Positions 24,431 through 32,000 of a stretch of 32,000 bases of DNA are shown here, in pieces. Positions within the stretch are counted from its first letter, which is position 1. Each line of letters begins with the position of its first letter. Under the pieces are notes generated by a model, which worked only from the letters and a program-made list of their open reading frames with translations, ran no database searches and was not told the origin of the DNA. The position numbers and the translations under genes are program-made. Origin of the DNA: Candidatus Saccharimonadota bacterium (GTDB lineage Archaea; Micrarchaeota; Micrarchaeia; Micrarchaeales; Micrarchaeaceae); contig NZ_CP019964.1 of the NCBI RefSeq assembly GCF_002214165.1, forward strand, positions 570,001-602,000. The letters are read 5' to 3'.

Positions 24431-26287
24431 CTAGTCATCATATCTTGATTTCCACTCGATGCTTTCAGAGCTCCAGAACTGCTTCATCCTCTCCAAGTAG
24501 TCTTTTCCTTCGTAAAGTGCGAAGAAGTTCTTTATGAGCATCTTGTAGTTCTTCCATTCATACCTGCTGTCCATGAATATTATGGAGGCTTTGTCGCTTT
24601 CGCTCCTTATCGCCCTGCCTGCAGCCTGTATAGCTCTTATGACAGCAGGGATAGTATAGATATATTCTATTCCGCTTTCATGGAATTTCTTGTTCATATA
24701 GTTTATCCTTGCCTGCAGTTCAAGGTCCGGCTTTGTTAAAGGTATGCCAACTATAACAATGCATTTTATTGAATTGTTGTCGTAGTTTATACCCTCGCTC
24801 AGGCTTCCCCCCATGACTCCTAGCATCAAGCCTTTCTTTGAGGCCTTGAACTCGTTTATCAGCCTCTCAACCTCTATATTGCTCATTGCCTTACGCTGTA
24901 TGAAGGCCTCGCTTATCCTGCCTAAATCAAGGTAGCGGTAGGTGCTTTCAAGCATGCTGAAGCTTGGGAAAAATACAGATGTGTTGCCTGGTATTGAAGA
25001 GTATATTCCATTTATCTTGGATGCGATTGACCTGTAGAGATCCGTGGTCCTGCCTGTGAACTTAGTGGACACCGTAGAGTCTATAGCAACAAACTGCTTG
25101 TCCTTCGAGAATGGTGATTTGTAGCTTTTTGTATCCGCTCCCTCCACTCCAAGTATATCCCTGTACATCTCCAAGGGTATAAGCGTGCCGCTCATGAAAA
25201 CATTTGCGTATGCTTCCTTGAATACCGAAAGCGCCCTTTCAGGGTAAAGATTGCTTAGCTTCAGCTCAACCCTGCCTCCGCCTCTTGCAATTATCCTTGT
25301 AGTGGCTGCGTCAGAAGATTCCCAACCCTGCAGGAATGACGCTATATGCATTAATGATGAACGCTTAGCATGCTTGTTCTCTATATACATCATTCCTGCC
25401 TTTTCCATATCCGAGATTATATCGCCAAGCATGTCCTTTTCCCCTGAAAGGAAATCAGACGAATCAACAAATGCCTCATTCTTTTCTATTGATAGCATTT
25501 TAGCTGCAAGCTTGTTCAATTCAAAGCTTAGGAAGCTAATGTCTATGTCGCTCGTTATCGCGGCTAGCTCTGCCGCCGCCCTGTTTATTACGTTCTCGGA
25601 TATTGAAGTGCTGAAATAGGAAACCGCCGAATTGAATATGTTGTGCGCTTCATCCCATATAATTATAGTATCAGATAAATCATGGGAAAGCTTTTTCAGG
25701 AAGGTCTCCTTGGTATAAGGATTTAGTATATGCGAATAGCCTGCTATTATTATATCAGCTTTCTTGGCAAACCTCATTGAGACCTCATAGGGGCACAGCC
25801 CTTCTTTGTAGGATTGGCTTAATATTGCATTATGCCCTTCAGAAAATGAATTTAGCATTTCGTAATCTCCGTCAAGGTCAAAATGCTTCAGCTTGTTGAA
25901 ATAAGGGCACTGATTCTTCTTTATGAGGTTCTCGCAGGCATTGTAGAAGGATGAGTCATAGATGTTGTTTACATCAGGGTTGATGCACATGTTCCTTTTG
26001 CCCACAACATCTACAAAGGATATTCCAAGGTTAAATTTTTGCTTCAACCCTCTGAGCACGTCTACCGCTATCCTATGCTGTGATATCTTTGGGGTTAGGA
26101 ACAGTATGTCCTTGTCATTCTTAATCGCATAGGTTATAGCTGCGCTTAATGAGGCATCTGTTTTTCCTATGCCTGTAGGCGCATTTATGAGGATGTCCTT
26201 CCCGTCCGAAAGAGAACTATATATATCTTTCATCATCTCTTTCTGGGATCCTCGTGCCTCGTCAAACCTAAATAAGAATTCTGTCAT
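24431..26287 (-). CDS. xpd: XPD/Rad3-family (DinG-like) Fe-S DNA helicase
   Basis: Motif I NAPTGIGKT and DEAH box IIWDEAHNI. Four Cys lie in the inserted Fe-S domain (NMCINP, NACENL, NQCPYF, GLCPYE). The C-terminal motif region is AIQAAGRAIRSESD. It is convergent with the preceding LamG gene. Confidence 0.85.
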   Translation of the reverse strand: MTEFLFRFDEARGSQKEMMKDIYSSLSDGKDILINAPTGIGKTDASLSAAITYAIKNDKDILFLTPKISQHRIAVDVLRGLKQKFNLGISFVDVVGKRNMCINPDVNNIYDSSFYNACENLIKKNQCPYFNKLKHFDLDGDYEMLNSFSEGHNAILSQSYKEGLCPYEVSMRFAKKADIIIAGYSHILNPYTKETFLKKLSHDLSDTIIIWDEAHNIFNSAVSYFSTSISENVINRAAAELAAITSDIDISFLSFELNKLAAKMLSIEKNEAFVDSSDFLSGEKDMLGDIISDMEKAGMMYIENKHAKRSSLMHIASFLQGWESSDAATTRIIARGGGRVELKLSNLYPERALSVFKEAYANVFMSGTLIPLEMYRDILGVEGADTKSYKSPFSKDKQFVAIDSTVSTKFTGRTTDLYRSIASKINGIYSSIPGNTSVFFPSFSMLESTYRYLDLGRISEAFIQRKAMSNIEVERLINEFKASKKGLMLGVMGGSLSEGINYDNNSIKCIVIVGIPLTKPDLELQARINYMNKKFHESGIEYIYTIPAVIRAIQAAGRAIRSESDKASIIFMDSRYEWKNYKMLIKNFFALYEGKDYLERMKQFWSSESIEWKSRYDD

Positions 26288-26408
26288 ATAAATCTAAAAC
26301 CTGCAATTACAGTTATCTTTCAAAGTATAAAAAGTTAAGTTATTCGGATTCTCAAACAGTTACAAAATCACCTTTTTAAACTTTATCTTAGAAAGAAGAT
26401 ATGATATA

Positions 26409-27269
26409 ATGAAGTCCCAATCCGCAATGGAATACCTGATGACGTATGGATGGGCAATCCTCATAATTGCAATCGTACTTGCTGCATTATACTCTATAGG
26501 AATATTCAACCCAAACACATTTGCCCCAAAAGCATCTGCAGGATCATGCGAGGTTGTCAGGCCTTCAGGTCCAGGGACGACAAGCAATCTTGGCCGTGAG
26601 GGAACATGCACCAACATGCTTCCTAAGTATGTTGCTTTATTCGATGGAAATGACAATTACATTACATCACCCATCCCTACCAATAAAACAGTTAATGTCT
26701 CTTTCAGCCTTTGGTATCAATCTGATAATTCCAATTACTTTGCACCCTTATTCCTGTTATCTCCCAATGGGGGAGACAATATTGGCTATGGGCTTTATCT
26801 ATCAGATAATGAATTCAATATATTAGAATCAAGCATAAGGTGGATATACACAAGCGAATACATAAACAGCTCAAGGTGGTACAACATAATATTCACCATC
26901 TCACCTGCAAGCGGCGGAGATGTAGTATACTCAATTTACTTAAACGGGAAGAGGTTATACGTTTCTGGTCCTGAATCCCCCTCCTACCGCCCAGCCGATG
27001 AAATGAGAATAGGGAATGATCCCGGAAACGGAGATTACTTAGAAGGAATGATGGCAAATATGCAGGTTTACAATATAGCGTTATCACAGGGCCAGGTCAA
27101 TGCACTTTACCAGGAAGGCATAGGAGGCGACCCGATTGACTTGACGCATTTAGTTGCTTGGTACCAATTGAATGGCAATGCAAACGACTATTCAGGCAAT
27201 GATTACAATGGCAATGCAATTAATGTAGAGTACTCATCAACTTGGTACAGGACCTATTCTGCACCTTAA
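26409..27269 (+). CDS. class III signal peptide + LamG/ConA-like domain protein, core type E
   Basis: The N-module variant (ILIIAIVLAALYSIGIFNPNTF...PSGPGTTS) is shared with 11304..12203. Core strands are VSFSLWYQS, SRWYNIIFTISPASGGDVVYSIYLNGKRL and GMMANMQVYNIALSQGQVNALY. C-module ends ...YSAP. Confidence 0.85.
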   Translation: MKSQSAMEYLMTYGWAILIIAIVLAALYSIGIFNPNTFAPKASAGSCEVVRPSGPGTTSNLGREGTCTNMLPKYVALFDGNDNYITSPIPTNKTVNVSFSLWYQSDNSNYFAPLFLLSPNGGDNIGYGLYLSDNEFNILESSIRWIYTSEYINSSRWYNIIFTISPASGGDVVYSIYLNGKRLYVSGPESPSYRPADEMRIGNDPGNGDYLEGMMANMQVYNIALSQGQVNALYQEGIGGDPIDLTHLVAWYQLNGNANDYSGNDYNGNAINVEYSSTWYRTYSAP

Positions 27270-27314
27270 ATCTGTGAAGCCGGTTTAAACTAAAAAGATA
27301 ATATAAATATTGTA

Positions 27315-27605
27315 ATGCAGTTAATTTTAAGCAAAAGTGGTATCATGAAATCAGAAAAAGCTAAAAAAGCAGACCATATAAATATATCCCTAAATCCCGA
27401 CATATATAATGCCTTGATGATAGCTTCCATAGAAAAAGACATCAGCATTTCAAAGGTCATAGAGACTATCTTAATGGATTCGGAGGAATTTAAAAAATTC
27501 ATCAATAAAGCAAAGGAATATGCAGAGCTTGAAAGCAAGCTAAATCCTTCAGCAGCAAATCCTAGATCGGTCAACAAAGAAGATAAAGACAAGATCAGGA
27601 AGTAA
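27315..27605 (+). CDS. small ribbon-helix-helix-like DNA-binding protein (putative)
   Basis: HINISLNPDIYNALMIASIEKDISISKVIETILMD fits a strand-helix-helix RHH pattern and is followed by a Lys/Glu-rich tail. The internal ATG at 27345 (MKSEKAKK) is an equally plausible start given the TATA-like ATAATATAAATATT at 27297..27310. Confidence 0.4.
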   Translation: MQLILSKSGIMKSEKAKKADHINISLNPDIYNALMIASIEKDISISKVIETILMDSEEFKKFINKAKEYAELESKLNPSAANPRSVNKEDKDKIRK

Positions 27606-27628
27606 TCTAAAAAATAGAAATAAGAAAA

Positions 27629-28039
27629 TCAAACATTGTTTAATTTTCCCCTGTCTACAAAATTAGAGACTATCTTCTTCGGCTTTAATTTGCTGACTAT
27701 ATAGTTGAAAGCTGCATCGGGATTGCTCTCTTCTCCGCACGAGTATATGTCAAGAGTTGCATACATGCTCTCCGGCCATGTATGAAGCGCTATGTGACTT
27801 TCCTCTATCAATGCTATTATGGATACTCCACCGTCAAAGCCATTGTAAGGATTGAACTTTTTGGTTATCATCTCTATTATATGCAAGTTGCCTATTTTAG
27901 TGGATTCAACTACAATCTTTATCAAAGCGTTCAGGTTTGATATTAACTTGGGGTCAACCATATCCAAGTTGCCGTAAACATGCTTGCCTATGACTTCAGG
28001 CATTTCCAAACTAATCTCTTTTATCTGCATCTTAGCCAT
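27629..28039 (-). CDS. speH: S-adenosylmethionine decarboxylase proenzyme (pyruvoyl-dependent, SpeH type)
   Basis: 136 aa. LIEESHIALHTWPE contains the E/S self-cleavage site, and DIYSCGE is the conserved downstream block. Size and order match the class 1 AdoMetDC family. An arginine-decarboxylase paralog function cannot be excluded. Confidence 0.8.
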   Translation of the reverse strand: MAKMQIKEISLEMPEVIGKHVYGNLDMVDPKLISNLNALIKIVVESTKIGNLHIIEMITKKFNPYNGFDGGVSIIALIEESHIALHTWPESMYATLDIYSCGEESNPDAAFNYIVSKLKPKKIVSNFVDRGKLNNV

Positions 28040-28321
28040 CTGGTATCACCCCATAAATAGTGATTTTATAAATATACCCGTTAGCTTAAAAGATTTTCCC
28101 CTTTGGCTATTTAATTTATATTTGTAAATGATATATAAATAAAAGTTTCAAGAGAGGTGAATTTGCACTTTTAGACGACAAATTTTTCAAGGCAAAATTT
28201 TATGTAAAAATTGGGATTTTAAGAGAAAATTTGCTTTTGCCAAACAAAGTTATTTATTTTGTAAAAATAAATCTTACCCATAAGTGATTATACGAGGTTT
28301 ACAAGCGACTACAATAATTAC

Positions 28322-29251
28322 TTGAGCATAGTAATCGTAATATGCGTATTCATAGCCTTATTCTACACTTTTTACTATATAATAGATATTTCAAGGTCCA
28401 TTGGAATTTATGAGGGCATATTGACTATATCAGAGCATTACAACATTACTCTGAGCCAATCACTTAAGTTGGGTCTGTCAACTTTGCCAACTCTTGGAAT
28501 AGCTCTTGATATTGTATACATAATGATCCCGATATCAGTCATGATGTTCGCCATAGCAATACTATGGATGTTTTCAAGACTTTACAGCAAGTGGAGCGTA
28601 TCTGCTATAATAATACTTTCCGCAATATATGTCATGTTAGTGCATCTGCTGGAATCCAATTTTAATTTTAATGGTTTTGCAGAATCTTTCATGGTGCCCT
28701 ATATTATAAATCTCTTGATCCTTGCACTTTCTGTATATTCATTAATTGCCATACTCTATGGCTCGGATAGCGATTTTGAGATAGAAATAAACCCGCTGAC
28801 TCCATATTCAAACATGGCTATAATATCAAATAAATTGATGAGGCACCTAAAAGGGGACCTAAGGATACTGGATTCCCATTTTGACAATACATCTTTTGAC
28901 AATCTCAGCAGGCTTATACTCAGGAACATGAACAAGTACACATCCATATACATATTGACTTATCTCGAAGAGAACAGCAGGGGATTTGGAAGGGGATATA
29001 CCGATTTTAAGAACGAGCTCCAGAATAAGAACATAAAGTTTGAATTGAGGATAATGGGCAGGGAGGACTTCTCGAGGCAGCATGAGAGGATAATGATGGA
29101 TTCGAATACAGCCTATAAGATACCTCCGATAAACATAATAAACAGGAAAAGCGAGCACATTGTGAGCTTGAACCACGATGAGGCATTCAGAAGGTTCAAT
29201 GAAATATGGAATAGGTCAAAGAGTTACGAAAATTTTAGTAAAGGCAGCTGA
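28322..29251 (+). CDS. hypothetical membrane protein with C-terminal soluble domain
   Basis: About 150 aa with 4-5 hydrophobic helices, then a soluble domain of about 150 aa. The track start is a TTG, so the true start is uncertain. No firm family assignment. Confidence 0.45.
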   Translation: MSIVIVICVFIALFYTFYYIIDISRSIGIYEGILTISEHYNITLSQSLKLGLSTLPTLGIALDIVYIMIPISVMMFAIAILWMFSRLYSKWSVSAIIILSAIYVMLVHLLESNFNFNGFAESFMVPYIINLLILALSVYSLIAILYGSDSDFEIEINPLTPYSNMAIISNKLMRHLKGDLRILDSHFDNTSFDNLSRLILRNMNKYTSIYILTYLEENSRGFGRGYTDFKNELQNKNIKFELRIMGREDFSRQHERIMMDSNTAYKIPPINIINRKSEHIVSLNHDEAFRRFNEIWNRSKSYENFSKGS

Positions 29252-29264
29252 ATAGGTGTTTGCA

Positions 29265-30254
29265 ATGAAAAGTTATACTGTAACAAGCCCTTTGAGGATA
29301 ACATTTGCGGGTGGAGGAACAGATGTAGAACCGTTTATAGAGAAATACGGAGGTGCGGTAGTCAACTCAACCATAGACCGCAAGGTCACGGTCACATACC
29401 AACCTGATGAATATGATCTGGAGATATCTTCAAGGGATCTTGTAAAGAGCATAATAGTCCCGACAAACAATGAAGGGATAATAAGCAAGATACATAACTT
29501 ATTTTACTCAAAAGGGATAAACAAAGGGAGGGTGATGATAAACAATGATGTCCCTCCCGGATCCGGGTTAGGGTCATCAAGTGCGCTCACGACCGCAATA
29601 GTAAAGCTTATCCACACCATAAAGAATGAAAATATATCCGGATGGGATTTGGCAAGGGAATCTTACGAAATCGAAAGAAATTACCTTAAGGTTGCATTAG
29701 GTAAACAGGATCCTTTCGCGATCTCATTAGGCAATTTCAAAATGATGGAGTTTCAAAAAGGCAAAGAGGAGCTGCACGACCTTTCAAAGAATGCAGAGTT
29801 CCTGAAAGAACTGCAGAGCCGTACCCTGCTGGTTTATACAGGAGGCACTAGGGAAAGCTCCAAATTCCTCAAAGAGCAGATAAACGCATCGAAAAGAGAG
29901 GGCGACGCGATAAACCAAAAGCTTCTTGCGTTAAAAAATATTGCATTGGATATGGCGAATTCTGTCGAAAGCAACGACATAAGTTCTTTTACAAGTCTTA
30001 TAAATGAGGGATGGCAGGTAAAGAGGGAGTTGAGCGAAGGCGTTTCAAATAAGAAAATAGAAAGCCTTATAGAGAAAGCAAAGGAAAATGGCGCTCAGGC
30101 CGTAAGGCTGATGGGAGGAGGTGGCGATGGGTTTTTATTGACCATAGCAAAGGAAGGGAAGCTGCAGGGCCTTCAGGAGGAGATGTCAAAGCTCTCGGAT
30201 TTTGCAATAAGGGTTTCTTTTACAGATTATGGTACAATGGTGTCAAATGCCTGA
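29265..30254 (+). CDS. GHMP-family kinase (COG2605-like sugar/small-molecule kinase)
   Basis: The N-terminal SPLRITFAGGGTDVEPF and the GHMP motif II NNDVPPGSGLGSSSALTTAIV are typical of the HddA/fucokinase-like branch. The C-terminal region contains RLMGGGGDGFLL. The ATG at 29265 is preferred over the track GTG at 29256. Confidence 0.8.
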   Translation: MKSYTVTSPLRITFAGGGTDVEPFIEKYGGAVVNSTIDRKVTVTYQPDEYDLEISSRDLVKSIIVPTNNEGIISKIHNLFYSKGINKGRVMINNDVPPGSGLGSSSALTTAIVKLIHTIKNENISGWDLARESYEIERNYLKVALGKQDPFAISLGNFKMMEFQKGKEELHDLSKNAEFLKELQSRTLLVYTGGTRESSKFLKEQINASKREGDAINQKLLALKNIALDMANSVESNDISSFTSLINEGWQVKRELSEGVSNKKIESLIEKAKENGAQAVRLMGGGGDGFLLTIAKEGKLQGLQEEMSKLSDFAIRVSFTDYGTMVSNA

Positions 30255-30329
30255 AAATTATATCAGTAACCTAAAAGGGTTAACCGCAAAATTATAATAA
30301 TATTTAGATTCCAAAAGAATACGAGGTAG

Positions 30330-32000
30330 ATGAAGTTCAAATATTATTGTCTAAGTTTTCTGATCATGATAATGCTTGCAGGCACAATGCATGCCCAAGT
30401 AGTCGGCACAGCTTCAATACATGCTCCAGCTTTAATTGCATACAATAACACAGGTATTATAACTACAATAAACCTGACCGTAACAAGAGGGGATGGATAT
30501 GTCAATATCACAGGTCCAATAAGCGTCGGAAGCAGCACATTGAACTCCTCAAAAGATGCTGTGAACTACGCAGCAAAGTACTTAGGGATAAACAAAGACG
30601 ACTACAATTTCACCTATGTTATAAATGATAGGAATGCATCGGTTTCAGGGCCGAGTGCAGGTATGGCGATGACCCTTTTGGCAATATCTTCACTGACGCA
30701 CAAGCCATTGCTGCACAATTTTACATTGACAGGCGAGATATTGCCCAATGGCAGTATAGGCGAGATAGGAGGGGTATATGACAAGGTTTCTGCCGCAAAA
30801 CGTGAAGGATTGAAATTTGTCCTTGTTCCAGCAGTTCCGAGCACATCATTTGAAAATGAGATCTACTATATAATAGAACTCAGGTTCAATATTCCTGTTA
30901 TCCCTGTTGCGAACATAAGCGATGCGATGGGATATGCAATGGAAGGAAAGCCAATATCGGGAAACGAAGTCAAATACAGTTTCTATACAAATTACCATTT
31001 AAATAAGATACCAAATGCATCCCTGTCGTGCATAGGGCCTTGCTATAATAATTATTTCAAAGGCCTTACAAATTTCACTTTAAATATGACATCTTCGGAA
31101 CTTCAAACCCTTGAATCAAATCCTTTGCTGTATAATGCAACAAGCCAATTTTCAGGATTGCTTAACCAGTCAAAGGAGCTATCAGGAAAAGGATATTATT
31201 ATGCCGCAGCGGATATCGCATTCTTAGACTATGCAAACATCTACACATTCGTTAACAGCAACCAATCGATACCTGAAGGCCTGAACACAGTAAATGCTGT
31301 TGAATCAGAATGCAATTCAATACAGGCACCAAAAATGACCAACAACAACTTCCTTTACCGGATAGGGGGAGAATTGAGGCAGCTTTGGGGAGAGTACACA
31401 TCACAAAGCACTTCAGAGGAATACAATGCAACCACAGATGACAGCGATGGAGTTATAAGAAACATGTACGATGCAGGCGTATCAAATGCATGGTGCGGTG
31501 CGGCATCATATATGTACAATGCCTCATCAGCAATAGGCGGATTGAATTACACAACGAACTCTTCCCTGTCCGGCATCGCATACAAAGTTGTAGAAAATGC
31601 ATCAAACTATCCAGGAATATATACAACTACCGCAATCTCCGCTTATAAATCCGGCAATTATCCATTGGCAATTTACGATGGGGCATACGCGTATGCGATA
31701 GATGGCAACAGCAGCTCCAACATGACCGAAAGCGAGATGCTCAACAGTTCAAAGAGCATATCATACAATTCTACATATGGCATTTGGGCAACACAGTTTG
31801 CGAATGAGGCGATGTTCTATTATTATGAAGCGAAGATAACTGACAACGCCTCCCAATCAGAGCTATATGCGGTACAATCATACCACACTGCCCTGCTTGC
31901 CAATGAATTAAGCAACTATTCAAAGGTGATATACGACAACCTCAAAGTAGCTCCTGTTACAGTAACCACATCTTCTGTTTCGTACAGTGGCATATTATTG
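30330..32000 (+). CDS. secreted/membrane-anchored Lon-like S16 serine protease domain protein, 3' end outside the window
   Basis: This ORF is not in the track because it has no stop in the window; I translated it by hand. MKFKYYCLSFLIMIMLAGTMHAQV is signal-like. VSGPSAGMAMTLLAI carries the catalytic Ser and LTGEILPNGSIGEIGGVYDKVSAAKREGLKFVLVP the catalytic Lys, giving the Lon proteolytic-domain dyad. No AAA+ module is present. The frame was checked open at several points up to base 32000, and the sequence has many N-x-S/T sequons. Confidence 0.7.
   Translation, partial: MKFKYYCLSFLIMIMLAGTMHAQVVGTASIHAPALIAYNNTGIITTINLTVTRGDGYVNITGPISVGSSTLNSSKDAVNYAAKYLGINKDDYNFTYVINDRNASVSGPSAGMAMTLLAISSLTHKPLLHNFTLTGEILPNGSIGEIGGVYDKVSAAKREGLKFVLVPAVPSTSFENEIYYIIELRFNIPVIPVANISDAMGYAMEGKPISGNEVKYSFYTNYHLNKIPNASLSCIGPCYNNYFKGLTNFTLNMTSSELQTLESNPLLYNATSQFSGLLNQSKELSGKGYYYAAADIAFLDYANIYTFVNSNQSIPEGLNTVNAVESECNSIQAPKMTNNNFLYRIGGELRQLWGEYTSQSTSEEYNATTDDSDGVIRNMYDAGVSNAWCGAASYMYNASSAIGGLNYTTNSSLSGIAYKVVENASNYPGIYTTTAISAYKSGNYPLAIYDGAYAYAIDGNSSSNMTESEMLNSSKSISYNSTYGIWATQFANEAMFYYYEAKITDNASQSELYAVQSYHTALLANELSNYSKVIYDNLKVAPVTVTTSSVSYSGILL

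Noticed and set aside
11304-27269. Diversity-generating retroelement (DGR) as the source of the variable cores.
   Set aside because: The window has no reverse transcriptase ORF and no template/variable repeat pair with adenine-specific mismatches. Variation spans the whole 150-aa core rather than a short VR at the C-terminus.
28980-29180. QHERIMMDSNTAYKI in the C-terminal domain of the 28322..29251 membrane protein. It resembles a phospholipase-D/MIT_C-like HxK(x)4D...signature.
   Set aside because: Lys is replaced by Arg and the H-to-D spacing is one residue short. I cannot see a second half-site. This is too weak to call without an HMM or structure comparison.
30255-30329. GTAACC-N-GGTTAAC near-palindrome between the GHMP kinase and the Lon-like protease genes.
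   Set aside because: It is imperfect (one extra base), short and occurs once. It is not distinguishable from chance in AT-rich DNA.

Overview
This is an AT-rich archaeal chromosome segment. Gene content and the class III signal peptides suggest a small-genome Thermoplasmata-like or DPANN/Micrarchaeota-like archaeon, but I cannot place it more precisely from sequence alone. Bases 1-7.6 kb are housekeeping genes: AsnRS, MetRS, the MCM replicative helicase and a presenilin/SPP-type intramembrane protease. At 7.66-9.41 kb a TnpB-only IS200/IS605-family element with matching left- and right-end hairpins abuts the remnant of a radical-SAM/SPASM gene. A small ORF and an RlmM/FtsJ-like methyltransferase follow. 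The unusual part is 11.3-27.3 kb. It holds nine paralogous genes for class III (type IV pilin-like) signal peptide + LamG/ConA-like fold proteins. All nine share invariant N- and C-terminal modules, and their central cores fall into five very different classes. Four of the genes sit in a near-perfect 4x tandem amplification of a 1974-bp unit, and each unit also carries an RHH-MNT / HEPN (HepT, Rx4HxY) toxin-antitoxin pair. Two more genes form a 931-bp tandem duplication whose breakpoints lie inside the conserved 3' module. An AAA_14/DUF4143 ATPase gene and an XPD/Rad3 helicase gene are interspersed in the cluster. The right end encodes a small RHH-like protein, SAM decarboxylase (SpeH), a membrane protein, a GHMP kinase and a secreted Lon-like S16 protease that runs off the window. 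I recognised no rRNA, tRNA or CRISPR array.
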